A stretch of DNA of 64,000 nucleotides, taken from Burkholderiales bacterium (GTDB taxonomy: Bacteria; Pseudomonadota; Gammaproteobacteria; Burkholderiales; SHXO01). Shown here piece by piece: positions 9,603 to 18,714 of this stretch (positions are counted from its first letter, which is position 1; every line of letters begins with the position of its first letter). The stretch is taken from NCBI GenBank assembly GCA_036787045.1, contig DAIQQA010000003.1, positions 13,797-77,796 of the forward strand, given 5' to 3'. A model generated the notes under the pieces. That model was given only the letters and a program-made list of their open reading frames with translations, was not told the origin of the DNA and made no database searches. Made by a program: the position numbers and the translations under genes.

Positions 9603-10613
9603 TCAGGGCAGCACCTGTACGGTCTTGAGCAACTCCAGGGTGTAGGCTTTTCGGTAGTCGACATCCTGCCTCACCAGTCCGGTGCTTGCCATGAACGCGA
9701 AGGTCTGTCCCCAGCGCCCGTCGGTCATGGTGAGGATTCCCCCTGTCCTTGCGTCGCCGCCGGTCACCAGGCCGTACTCCAGCATCTTCTTCAGCCCGAA
9801 GGCCATCAGCGCATCTTCCATCTGCGGGTTGTCGCGCCTGATGAGAGCGTTGCCGGGCGCCGGGTTAGCGAGGTAGCTCTTCCACCCTTCCGCGGTGGCC
9901 TGCAGAAAGCGGCGGATCACGTCGGGCTTGGCCTTGACCATGGTCTGCGTGGTGACGATGGTCTGGGCGTAGGGCGGGTACCCGGCGTCGGCAAGCAGGA
10001 ATACGGTGGGCTTGACGCCGCCTTTCTCGATGGAATAGGGCTCGGAGGTCGCGTAGCCCTGCTGGGCGATGCTCTTGTCCACCAGGAACTGCTGAACGCT
10101 GAACGCATAGGGGCGCTTCTGCGCGTCGGTGAAGCCGTATCTGGCCTTGAGCCAGGGCCAGAACGTCGTTTCGCTCGCCTGCCCGATCAGCAGGGTGCGG
10201 GTCTTGAGCTCGGTCATCGTCTTCACGTCGGGGTGGGCGATGATGACCGCGGGATCCTTCTGGAACGTGGCCCCGACGGTGATCACGGGTAAGCCCTGCT
10301 CTACCAGCTTGATGGTCTGCAGGTCGTAGCCCATGACCAGATCGGCCTGCCCCGCAAGCAACAGCTGCACGACGTTCACCTGGGGTCCACCCATGCGCAC
10401 ATCGACGTCGAGCCCGTGCTTGCGGTAGGTGCCTTCGGCCACGGCCTGGTAGAACCCGCCGTGCTCGGCCTGCGCCAGCCAGTTCGTAAGGAACACCACT
10501 TTCGGCAGGGTCTCGGCCCAGGCCGTCTGCGCAGCGAGCGCCAGCGCGAGCCAGGCGAACAGCCCCAAGGCCTTGCGACCCGAAGCGATGCGGGGGATGT
10601 GCGGGCTTTTCAT
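9603..10613 (-). CDS. ABC transporter substrate-binding protein, NMT1/THI5-like
   Basis: Signal peptide; TNWLAQAEHGGFYQA, GGPQVN, FQKDP motifs. Confidence 0.9.
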   Translation of the reverse strand: MKSPHIPRIASGRKALGLFAWLALALAAQTAWAETLPKVVFLTNWLAQAEHGGFYQAVAEGTYRKHGLDVDVRMGGPQVNVVQLLLAGQADLVMGYDLQTIKLVEQGLPVITVGATFQKDPAVIIAHPDVKTMTELKTRTLLIGQASETTFWPWLKARYGFTDAQKRPYAFSVQQFLVDKSIAQQGYATSEPYSIEKGGVKPTVFLLADAGYPPYAQTIVTTQTMVKAKPDVIRRFLQATAEGWKSYLANPAPGNALIRRDNPQMEDALMAFGLKKMLEYGLVTGGDARTGGILTMTDGRWGQTFAFMASTGLVRQDVDYRKAYTLELLKTVQVLP

Positions 10614-10832
10614 GATGGTGCTTCCCGAGACGGTGGTCGCGGCAGGTTAGCGGCAGGCGGGGCCCGGCGCAAGGCCGCGGGGCACGGCTCCAGCCCGCCG
10701 CACCCCTAACTTTCGATAGCTGCATCGGGCCGCCGGCCTGTGCGATTCTCCACGGCACGGGGGACGTACTCCCCGGAGCGCACCGAGCCGTGAGCCACGC
10801 CGTCGCGGCAGATCGACCATAGGGGAATCGAC

Positions 10833-11501
10833 ATGAAGGATCTGACCGAGTCGCAGGTCGCCGAGCTGCTCGAGCGCATGGCCGCGGGAGACGAGCGCAG
10901 CCTTCGCGTCCTGTACCGCGCCTATGGACGCCGGGTGTACGCCTTCGCGCTGAACACCCTGCGCGATCCGCACGAAGCCGAGCAGGTGTTGATCGATACG
11001 ATGTTCGAGGTGTGGCGGCAGGCCACGCGCTTCAACCATGCCTGCCGGTTCACCACTTGGCTGCTGGGCATCGCCCGGAACAAGGCGCTGCACGTGCTGC
11101 GCGCCCGCAGGCCCGAGCACGACGATCTCGCGGACATCGAGGCGCGGCTGGCCTGTGAGGACGGCGATCCTTATCTTGCGGCCTGGGAGCGCCAGCGACG
11201 CGAGCGTCTGATGCACTCGCTCGAGGAGTTGCCGCAGGCCCAGCGCGAATGCCTGCGGCTCGCGCTGCACGATGGCTTGTCGCTTGTCGAGATCGCGCGC
11301 ATCCAGGATTGCCCCGCGAACACCGCGAAGGCCCGGCTGTTCCGGGCCCGGCGGACGGTGCGCGCCAGCCTCGCACGCTTTCTGGACAGCGATGGCGCCT
11401 GGCTCGCCGAGCGCGAAGCAGCGCGCGACGAAACGGGTGGTGAGCCGGATCCGCGCTGGGCAGGGGCCAGCGCCTGCCTGCAGGAAGCGGCGCTCGCATG
11501 A
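10833..11501 (+). CDS. ECF RNA polymerase sigma factor
   Basis: Region 2 (LYRAYGRRVYAFA, FTTWLLGIARNKA) and region 4 (LPQAQRECLRL..GLSLVEIA..NTAKARLFRAR); AGGGG RBS. Confidence 0.9.
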   Translation: MKDLTESQVAELLERMAAGDERSLRVLYRAYGRRVYAFALNTLRDPHEAEQVLIDTMFEVWRQATRFNHACRFTTWLLGIARNKALHVLRARRPEHDDLADIEARLACEDGDPYLAAWERQRRERLMHSLEELPQAQRECLRLALHDGLSLVEIARIQDCPANTAKARLFRARRTVRASLARFLDSDGAWLAEREAARDETGGEPDPRWAGASACLQEAALA

Positions 11502-11534
11502 CCGGTCAGCCTGTCGCGATGCCGGAGACGCCTC

Positions 11535-12320
11535 TCAGTGGTCCGGTACGAGCTCGCTCTCGTGCCAGTGCCGCAAGGCCATGCGGGCGAGTCCGGACAC
11601 CAGGGAGAACAGCGCAACGCCCGCGAGCGTGATGAGCAGCAGCGCGGCGAACAGGCGCGGGATGTTGAGCTGCAGTCCGGACAGCAGGATCTGATAGGCC
11701 AGCCCGGACGCGGTGCCGCCAGTGCCGGCGACGAACTCCGCCACTACCGCCCCGATCAGCGCGAGGCCGCTGGAGACCTTCAAGCCCGCGAAGAAATACG
11801 GCAGCGCGCTGGGGATGCGCAGGCGCACCAGCGTCTGCCAGCGTGTGGCGCGGCTGAGCCGGAACAGGTCGAGGAGGTTGGGATCGACACTCCTCAGCCC
11901 CACGGTCGTGTTGGAGATTACCGGGAAGATGGCGACGATGGTGGCGCAGATGACCAGCGCCAGGGTCGGGTTCTTCACCCAGATGATGATCAGCGGGGCG
12001 ATCGCCACGATCGGGGTGACCTGCAGCAGGATGGCATAGGGCAGCAGGCTGGCTTCGATGACGCGGCTCTGCACGAACACGAAAGCGATCGACACCCCCA
12101 CAACGACTGCCAGACCAAGGGCGAGGACAGTGATGCGCAGCGTGGCCAGCAGCGACGCCCACAGCAGCGCCCAGTCCTGCAACAGCGTGCGCAGGACGAG
12201 CAGCGGCGAAGGCACCAGATAGCTTGGCACCTGGTAGGCGGTGACCAGGAGCTGCCATAGTCCCAAGGCCACCAGTCCGACGGCCATGGGCGCGGTATAG
12301 GTCAGGAGTCTGCGATTCAT
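11535..12320 (-). CDS. ABC transporter permease, NitT/TauT family
   Basis: TM helices; RLRIPSALPYFFAGLKVSSGLALIGAVVAEF EAA-type loop. Confidence 0.9.
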   Translation of the reverse strand: MNRRLLTYTAPMAVGLVALGLWQLLVTAYQVPSYLVPSPLLVLRTLLQDWALLWASLLATLRITVLALGLAVVVGVSIAFVFVQSRVIEASLLPYAILLQVTPIVAIAPLIIIWVKNPTLALVICATIVAIFPVISNTTVGLRSVDPNLLDLFRLSRATRWQTLVRLRIPSALPYFFAGLKVSSGLALIGAVVAEFVAGTGGTASGLAYQILLSGLQLNIPRLFAALLLITLAGVALFSLVSGLARMALRHWHESELVPDH

Positions 12321-12480
12321 CGAGGAAAGAAAACAGCCACAGGGGTCACACAGTGAGGAAGAAACGACGATGGTCCCGTCTCGTCACCGGTGCCTGGCCC
12401 CCTGACGCTGCCGGTACCCCCGTACCGAATGATCTTCTCCCTGTTCCTGTGCCCTCTGCGGCTCAACCAGTTTTTCGGGT

Positions 12481-13266
12481 TCATGCAGTGGCGGGCTCGG
12501 CGCTGCCCGCGGCCAGCAGCTCGGAGAGCCGCCGGCACCACTGCGCGTAGCGTTCGCTCATGCGGAAGGCCTCCGTGCGCGGATGCGGCTCGTCGATGGC
12601 CACCTCGCCGACGATGCGGCCGGGTCGGGCAGACAGGACAAGCACCCGCATGGACAGGAACACCGCCTCGTAGATGGAGTGGGTCACGAACACGACGGTG
12701 AGGTGCCGGCGCTCCCACAGATCCCGAATGTCACGGTCCAGCCGCGTACGCGTAATCTCATCCAGCGCACCGAACGGCTCGTCCATGAGCAGCAACCCGG
12801 GTGCCGTTACCAGCGCCCGGGCGATGGAAGTGCGCATCTGCATGCCGCCGGAGAGCTCGCGCGGGTAGCTGCTCTCGAAGCCGGTGAGTCCCACTAGCGC
12901 CAGAGCGTCGCGCACCCGCGCGTAGGCCTGCGCGCGGTCAGCCCCGGCGAGGTCCAACGGCAGTCGCACGTTCGCCGCCACGCTCGCCCAGGGCATGAGT
13001 GTGGGCTGCTGGAACACGAAGGCCACGGGACGCGCCGGCGCGCCGCCGCCGTGCAGGTGCAGCCGTCCGCTGCTGGGCGGTGTCAGTCCCGCGATCATGC
13101 GCAGCAGCGTGCTCTTGCCGCAGCCCGACGGGCCGAGCAGGGTGACGAACTCACCGTTGCGCACCGCGAGGTCGATCCGTTCCAGTGCGCGCACGCCGTT
13201 GGGGAACACTTTGTCGACGCCCTCGGCGGAGACGGCCAGCCCGGCAGGATCGTGCGTGGGGTCCAT
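12481..13266 (-). CDS. ABC transporter ATP-binding protein, NitT/TauT family
   Basis: GPSGCGKST, LSGGMQMR, LLLMDEPFGALD. Confidence 0.92.
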   Translation of the reverse strand: MDPTHDPAGLAVSAEGVDKVFPNGVRALERIDLAVRNGEFVTLLGPSGCGKSTLLRMIAGLTPPSSGRLHLHGGGAPARPVAFVFQQPTLMPWASVAANVRLPLDLAGADRAQAYARVRDALALVGLTGFESSYPRELSGGMQMRTSIARALVTAPGLLLMDEPFGALDEITRTRLDRDIRDLWERRHLTVVFVTHSIYEAVFLSMRVLVLSARPGRIVGEVAIDEPHPRTEAFRMSERYAQWCRRLSELLAAGSAEPATA

Positions 13267-13320
13267 GCCGTTACTCTAATCAGCCCGCGGGCGTGAGCAT
13301 GTTGTGTTGACGAACACCCT

Positions 13321-13506
13321 AACCACGGAGGATACGGGGACGCGGAGGAAACCGACTGTGTCCACGGCGCAAACCCGCCGACCCGGGACGCAGTCGTTTG
13401 TATCACTTCACGCCCGCACGGCCAGCTGTCCCGATGTCTGCTCTCCCGCCAGTTCTGGTGATTGGCTTCGGTCGCCCTCCGTGTCCACCGTGTTCTCCGT
13501 GGTGAA
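13321..13506. repeat. Family-A paired inverted element (CACGGAG type)
   Basis: Left arm aaccacggaggatacggggacgcggaggaaa (13321-13351); right arm ctccgtgtccaccgtgttctccgtggtgaa (13477-13506). Confidence 0.8.
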
Positions 13507-13535
13507 GGTCTTGCTTGAGGGCCTTGAGGACGGAC

Positions 13536-14678
13536 TTACCCCAACGCACTGGCGAGGGCCGTCTGGTCCACCTCCGCCACGCTCGCGCGCCCGAGCAGCG
13601 CGAGGGCCACGTCCAGCTCGACGCGGAAGATCTCGATGGCGCGGGCCACGCCTTGCTCGCCATCGCAGGCCAGCCCATAGAGGAACGGCCTGCCCGCCAT
13701 GCAGGCCCGCGCACCCAATGCAACCGCCTTGAGGATGTCGCTGCCGCGCCGTACGCCGCCGTCCAGAATCACCTCGGCGCGCCCCTCGACCGTGGCGGCG
13801 ATGAGAGGCAGCACGGCTGCTGCCGAGGGTGCTCCGTCGACCTGCCGGCCGCCGTGGTTGGAGACGATCACGGCGTCGGCACCGTGCTCGACGGCGAGGC
13901 GCGCATCGTCCGGCGTCAGAATGCCTTTGATTGCCAGTTTGCCCTTCCAGCGCGATCGGCACCAGTCGATGTGCGACCAATCGACGGTGAAGTCGTACTG
14001 CTCCTGAGCGAAGCGGGCGATGCTGATGATGTCGCTGCTGCCCACGAGGCTCCCGGCGAGGTTGGCGAACGTCACCCGCGGACCCAGGGCGACGTCGCAG
14101 AGCCAATGGATACGGCGTGCCAGGTCGAGCGCGTTGCGCCAGGTCACGCGCGGCGGGACGGTGAAGCCGTTTCGCACATCGCGCTCGCGCGGGCCCTGCG
14201 CTTTGGTATCCACCGTTACCACCAGCACCTCGCAGCCCGCCCGCGCCGCTCGTTGCAGCAGCGACTCGTTGATGCTGCGATCCTTGAGCAGGTAGGTCTG
14301 GAACCAGAACGGCTGGAGACTGCCCCGCTCGACGTCCTCGATGGCGCAGGCGGCCATCTGGCTCAGGCAGTAGGGGATGCCCGCGCGCTCCGCGGCGCGT
14401 GCTTCGGCGATCTCGCCGGCGCGGGCTACCAGCCCCGCCAGCCCAGTCGGCGCGACCACCAGGGGCAAGTCGATGCGCCTGCCCAGCAGCGTGGTGCCGA
14501 GGTCGCGGTCGGACACGTCGGTCAGCACGCGCGGCATGAGCGTCAGCCGGGCCAAGTCCTCGTGGTTGACGCGCAGGGTGATCTCGTCCTGCGCGCCACC
14601 GTCCACGAAGTCGAAGATCGCCTTGGGCAGGCGGCGACGTGCATGGAGGCGCAGGTCTTCGATGCAGGCTATCGACAT
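13536..14678 (-). CDS. FMN-dependent alpha-hydroxy-acid oxidase/dehydrogenase (LldD/MdlB family)
   Basis: MSIACIEDLR..RRLPKAIFDFVDGGA, VVAPTGL, VSNHGGRQ, DGGVRRGSDILKAVALGA. Confidence 0.92.
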   Translation of the reverse strand: MSIACIEDLRLHARRRLPKAIFDFVDGGAQDEITLRVNHEDLARLTLMPRVLTDVSDRDLGTTLLGRRIDLPLVVAPTGLAGLVARAGEIAEARAAERAGIPYCLSQMAACAIEDVERGSLQPFWFQTYLLKDRSINESLLQRAARAGCEVLVVTVDTKAQGPRERDVRNGFTVPPRVTWRNALDLARRIHWLCDVALGPRVTFANLAGSLVGSSDIISIARFAQEQYDFTVDWSHIDWCRSRWKGKLAIKGILTPDDARLAVEHGADAVIVSNHGGRQVDGAPSAAAVLPLIAATVEGRAEVILDGGVRRGSDILKAVALGARACMAGRPFLYGLACDGEQGVARAIEIFRVELDVALALLGRASVAEVDQTALASALG

Positions 14679-14836
14679 GTCCTGGAGGCGGGCAATGCTC
14701 GGATCCTCGAGCCCTGAGCGCGGCGGTTTTCGGTTGGCCCAATCCTGAGGCAAACCCGCGTGCAGCTCAAGGGCCTGGCCCGCTGCCCGGCAGCCGCGTA
14801 AACTCGCGCCCCTTCTGTAAGTCGATTCAGAGCACC

Positions 14837-16444
14837 ATGCATACACATGCAGGAGTTGTCAGATCGCTGCTCGCGGCTATCGCCGTTATGGCGGGCATTG
14901 CGGTCCCGCCGGCTGCGCTGGCGCAAACGGATGCGGTTGCAGTCATCCAGGCCCGCGTCGGGCAGTTGCGCAACGGGGTCGAAGTCAGGATCGGCCAGCA
15001 GTCCATCGCCTCGAGCGTGGTGCTGCCGGAATTCTACGAGCAGCGGGATTACCGGCCCGCCTGGGGCGACCCGCACAACCTCGAGGCGCTGCTCGCGGCC
15101 GTGCGCGCCAGCGGCGGGGACGGCCTCGATCCCGAGGACTACCACCTCTCCGCTCTGGGCCAACTGCGCGCAGGGGCGCAGGGTGGGGAGCGGGATGCCG
15201 ACCTGGACCTGCTGGCCACCGACGCCCTGATCCGGCTCGCCTATCACCTGCGCTTCGGCAAAGTGGATGCGGCGAGCTTCGATCCGCACTGGAACTTCCG
15301 CCGCGACTACGACGCGGTACGGGCGGCGGCGCCGGCCGCGGCGATCCAGCGCGCCCTCGACATGGGGCACGTGGCGGAGCAACTGGACGCACTGCGTCCG
15401 CACCATCCATTCTATGACGGGTTGCGCACGGCGTTGGAGAAGTACCGGCAGATCCAGGCCGCCGGTGGCTGGAACCCCCTTCCGGGTGGGCGGTCCCTCA
15501 AGCCGGGAGCCGCCGATCCCCGCGTGCCTGCGCTGCGCGAGCGCCTCAGGGTGGAAGGCGATCTGGGCGCGGCCGGGGGAGAGGGCGACGAGTACGACGA
15601 GGGCGTGGTGGCTGCGCTGCAGGCATTCCAGGAGCGGCACGGGCTCAAGCCCGATGGCATATTGGGCGTGCGGACGCTGCGCGCGCTCAACGTGCCCGTG
15701 ACCCAGCGCATCGACGAGATCCGGCTTTCGCTCGACCGCAGCCGCCAGCTGTTGCACGATCTCCCCGAGCGCGTGGTCGTGGTCAACGTGCCGGCGTTCC
15801 GCGTCTACTACGCGGATGCATCGGGTCGGCGGTTCGCCGCCAACGTGGTGGTCGGCAAGCCCTACGCCCCGACGCCTATCTTTCGCGCGGAGATCACGCA
15901 TGTGGTGCTCAACCCCACTTGGGTGGTGCCGCCCGGCATCTTGGAGCGCGACATCCTGCCGGGGTTGCGCAAGGACCCCGACTACCTGCGCAAGAAAGGC
16001 CTGAGGCGGGTTGGCGGGCAGGTCGTACAGGACCCGGGACCCAACAATGCGCTCGGGCGCATCAAGCTGATGTTTCCCAACCCGCATCTGGTGTACCTGC
16101 ACGACACACCCCAGAAGGACCTGTTCGAGGCCGACGGCCGGACGTTCAGCAGCGGCTGCATCCGGGTGCAGAACGTGTTCGATCTGGCGGCTCTGGTGAT
16201 CGACGATCCGGAGCGCTGGTCGAAGGACAAGCTGCTGGAGGCGGTGGACACGGGTGACACGCGCACCGTCGTCCTCAAGCACAAGGTGCCGGTGCTGGTG
16301 ACCTATTGGACCAGCGCGGTCGCGCCGGACGGGCGTGTGCACTTCTACGAGGACGTGTACGAGCGTGACCCCGCCAGCCTGGCAGCCCTGGATGCGCCCT
16401 TCAGCTTCCCGCGCGCCGCGGTTCGAGCGGCCGGGGGCAGGTGA
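14837..16444 (+). CDS. Murein L,D-transpeptidase (YcbB/LdtD-like)
   Basis: Signal peptide from ATG 14837, scaffold and PG-binding domains (FQERHGLKPDGILG), YkuD motif YLHDTP..FSSGCIRV. Confidence 0.9.
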   Translation: MHTHAGVVRSLLAAIAVMAGIAVPPAALAQTDAVAVIQARVGQLRNGVEVRIGQQSIASSVVLPEFYEQRDYRPAWGDPHNLEALLAAVRASGGDGLDPEDYHLSALGQLRAGAQGGERDADLDLLATDALIRLAYHLRFGKVDAASFDPHWNFRRDYDAVRAAAPAAAIQRALDMGHVAEQLDALRPHHPFYDGLRTALEKYRQIQAAGGWNPLPGGRSLKPGAADPRVPALRERLRVEGDLGAAGGEGDEYDEGVVAALQAFQERHGLKPDGILGVRTLRALNVPVTQRIDEIRLSLDRSRQLLHDLPERVVVVNVPAFRVYYADASGRRFAANVVVGKPYAPTPIFRAEITHVVLNPTWVVPPGILERDILPGLRKDPDYLRKKGLRRVGGQVVQDPGPNNALGRIKLMFPNPHLVYLHDTPQKDLFEADGRTFSSGCIRVQNVFDLAALVIDDPERWSKDKLLEAVDTGDTRTVVLKHKVPVLVTYWTSAVAPDGRVHFYEDVYERDPASLAALDAPFSFPRAAVRAAGGR

Positions 16445-16462
16445 ACACCTTGCAAACAAGTG

Positions 16463-16647
16463 GAACCACGGAGGACACGGAGGAAAGTCGATGTGGCTCC
16501 AAGATCGCGAAGCTGCCCGGACCCTTGCAGGCAGCTGTGCATACGTCACGCGAAGTGAATTGATGTGCATCCGCTGCCGCCCGGCACGAACGATCCAGGC
16601 ACGCACATCTTCGAGCTCTCGCCTTCCTCCGTGTCCACCGCGGTTCA
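16463..16647. repeat. Family-A paired inverted element (CACGGAG type)
   Basis: Left gaaccacggaggacacggaggaaag (16463-16487); right ttcctccgtgtccaccgcggttca (16624-16647), whose terminal TCA is the TetR stop codon. Confidence 0.8.
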
Positions 16648-17331
16648 CGCTCTTGAGGGTAAGGCGACGTGGTCCAGCATCACGCTGGTGATGTGCTCGA
16701 GCCAGTGCTCGCGCCGCGCCGGCGTCATGAGATCCACGCCCAGAAAGCGCGTGAGCGTGTAACGGTTGGAGAGGTAGAAGTAGGCCAGTGCGGCGATGGT
16801 GATGTAGATGTCCAGCGGATCGAGGCCGCCGCGGAAGCGGCCCTCCGCGGCGCCGCGCTCGAGCAGGCCGGTCAGGACCGACAGCAGGGGGAAGGACAGC
16901 GACTTCACGCGCCGCGACTTCTTCACGTGCTCGCCCCGGTACAGGTTCTCGCTGTTGAGCAGCCGAATGAACTCCGGGTGCGCCAGGTAGTGGTTCCACG
17001 TAAAGGCGATGAGCTGTCGCATTCCCTCGAGCGCATCGACTCCCGACAGATCGAGCTGCTGTTCGGCGCGGCCGAGCTTCTCGTAGCTGTCTTCGAGCAC
17101 GGCGCGGAACAGCCCGTCCTTGCTGCCGAAGTAGTAGTAGAGCATGCGGTCCACCGTGCGGGCGCGGCGGCTGATCCGCTCGACCCGCGCGCCGCCGAAG
17201 CCGCTGGTGGCGAACTCGGCGGTGGCGGCATCCAGGATGCGGCGCTGCATGCCGGCCGGATCGCGCTTGGCCGCCGCGGCCCGCTGGGGCTTGCGCGCGG
17301 CGCTGCGGGCGGGCTTGCGGCTGACTGCCAT
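16645..17331 (-). CDS. TetR-family regulator, NicS/RutR-like C-terminal domain
   Basis: HTH (ILDAATAEFATSGFGGARVERIS..MLYYYFGSKDGLF); C-terminal HPEFIRLLNSENL, YFYLSNRYTL. Confidence 0.88.
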   Translation of the reverse strand: MAVSRKPARSAARKPQRAAAAKRDPAGMQRRILDAATAEFATSGFGGARVERISRRARTVDRMLYYYFGSKDGLFRAVLEDSYEKLGRAEQQLDLSGVDALEGMRQLIAFTWNHYLAHPEFIRLLNSENLYRGEHVKKSRRVKSLSFPLLSVLTGLLERGAAEGRFRGGLDPLDIYITIAALAYFYLSNRYTLTRFLGVDLMTPARREHWLEHITSVMLDHVALPSRA

Positions 17332-17352
17332 GGGCGGCGCGCCGCGGTGCCT

Positions 17353-17676
17353 TCAGCGTTCCAGGTACTGCAGCTTGTCCTTCACGTCCTTCCACTCGTC
17401 GGCGTCGGGCGGGGCCGGCTTCTTGTCGGTGATTGACGGGAAGGTCTTGCACAGCTGCGCGTTGAGCTCGGTGAAATGCTGCTGGTCGCGCGGCAGGTCC
17501 ACGTCCGCGTAGATCGCGTTCACCGGGCACTCGGGGATGCACACGGCGCAATCGATGCACTCGTCCGGGTCGATCACCAGCATGTTCGGCCCCTCGCGGA
17601 AGCAGTCCACCGGGCATACGTCCACGCAGTCGGTGTACTTGCACTTGATGCACGATTCGGTCACGACGTGGGTCAT
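17353..17676 (-). CDS. fdxA: 7Fe ferredoxin (FdxA type)
   Basis: [42 protein letters not shown]. Confidence 0.95.
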   Translation of the reverse strand: MTHVVTESCIKCKYTDCVDVCPVDCFREGPNMLVIDPDECIDCAVCIPECPVNAIYADVDLPRDQQHFTELNAQLCKTFPSITDKKPAPPDADEWKDVKDKLQYLER

Positions 17677-17726
17677 GGAGTTTCCCAGGCTCGAAAATTG
17701 CGATATTAGCGGAACGGGGGGCGGGG

Positions 17727-17755
17727 TTGAAAGTTGCCGTTGCCTAGGATATGTT
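17727..17755 (+). promoter_or_regulatory. Putative sigma70 promoter for the Mo-hydroxylase operon
   Basis: TTGAAA (17727-17732), 17-bp spacer, TATGTT (17750-17755) in an AT-richer divergent intergenic region. Confidence 0.45.
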
Positions 17756-17869
17756 GCCGCGAAAGCGGGAGTAAAGTGGTTTCTTCAAACTTTGTAGCAA
17801 TTACTCCACACCCGTTCGAGCCGGGCAGCCATGAGCCGGCCGCTGGAACCGGAGGAGGCACGAAGGCCT

Positions 17870-18712
17870 GTGCAACACCCGCTGTATCTGCGCCCGGCCG
17901 GGCTGGATGACGCGCTGGCTGCGCTGGCCGGTCGTGCCCTCACGGTGCTGGCCGGTGGCACGGATTATTATCCGGCGCGCGTAGGGCAGCCGCTGCGCGA
18001 GGACGTTCTCGACATCACCGGTCTGGCGGCTCTGCGCGGCATCCGCCGTGCCAATGGCATGTGGCGCGTCGGGGCGCTCACGACCTGGTCCGATATCCTG
18101 CGCGAGCCGCTCCCCTCGCTGTTCGACGCGCTCAAGCTCGCTGCCCGCGAGATCGGGGGCCTGCAGATCCAGAATGCCGGCACGCTGGGCGGGAACATAT
18201 GCAACGCCTCGCCTGCCGCCGATGGTGTGCCGTGTCTCCTCGCGCTGGACGCCGAGGTGGAGCTTGCCAGCACCCACGGCAGCCGCCGCGTGCCGCTCGC
18301 CGGCTTTATCACGGGCGGGCGGCAGACCGGGCGTCGGCCAGACGAGCTGGTCACCGCCGTTCTGATCTCCGAGCGCAGCACCCGGGCGCGCTCCACCTTC
18401 CTCAAGCTGGGCGCACGGCGCTACCTGGTGATCTCCATCGTGATGGTCGCGGTGGTGCTCGATGTGGACGAAGGCGGCGCGGTAGTGAGCGCCGCCGTTT
18501 CGGTTGGCGCGTGCTCGCCGGTGGCGCAGCGTCTCCATGCTCTCGAGGCGAGGCTCACGGGCCGCGCCGCCGAGGGGCTGGCAGGCGAGGTGCGCGCGAG
18601 CGATTTCTCAGTGCTGGCGCCGATCGACGATGTGCGGGGGACGGCTGCCTACCGGCTGGACGCGGCCCAACGTCTTACCCAGCGCGCTCTTCGGGAGCTC
18701 GGCGAGGAATAA
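17870..18712 (+). CDS. Molybdenum hydroxylase FAD-binding subunit (CoxM/NdhF-like; probable nicotinate dehydrogenase)
   Basis: LAGGTD, QIQNAGTLGGNICNASPAADG, IDDVRGTAAYR; GTG 17870 follows GGAGGAGG (alternative ATG 17831). Confidence 0.85.
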   Translation: MQHPLYLRPAGLDDALAALAGRALTVLAGGTDYYPARVGQPLREDVLDITGLAALRGIRRANGMWRVGALTTWSDILREPLPSLFDALKLAAREIGGLQIQNAGTLGGNICNASPAADGVPCLLALDAEVELASTHGSRRVPLAGFITGGRQTGRRPDELVTAVLISERSTRARSTFLKLGARRYLVISIVMVAVVLDVDEGGAVVSAAVSVGACSPVAQRLHALEARLTGRAAEGLAGEVRASDFSVLAPIDDVRGTAAYRLDAAQRLTQRALRELGEE

Positions 18713-18714
18713 GC

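Noticed and set aside
10614-10832. TPP riboswitch upstream of the THI5-like binding protein
   Set aside because: No CTGAGA or ACCTGAT core motifs were found on the minus strand.
16478-16500. GAGGAAAGTC resembling the RNase P RNA P4 motif
   Set aside because: It is part of a family-A arm, the gap is only 200 bp, and no matching 3' P4 strand was seen.
14669-17653. 994-aa minus-strand ORF and other long overlapping ORFs (e.g. 746-2881, 19120-21477, 25810-27711, 44703-46292)
   Set aside because: They overlap genes with clear family motifs and have no recognisable domains; these are typical shadow ORFs of GC-rich DNA.
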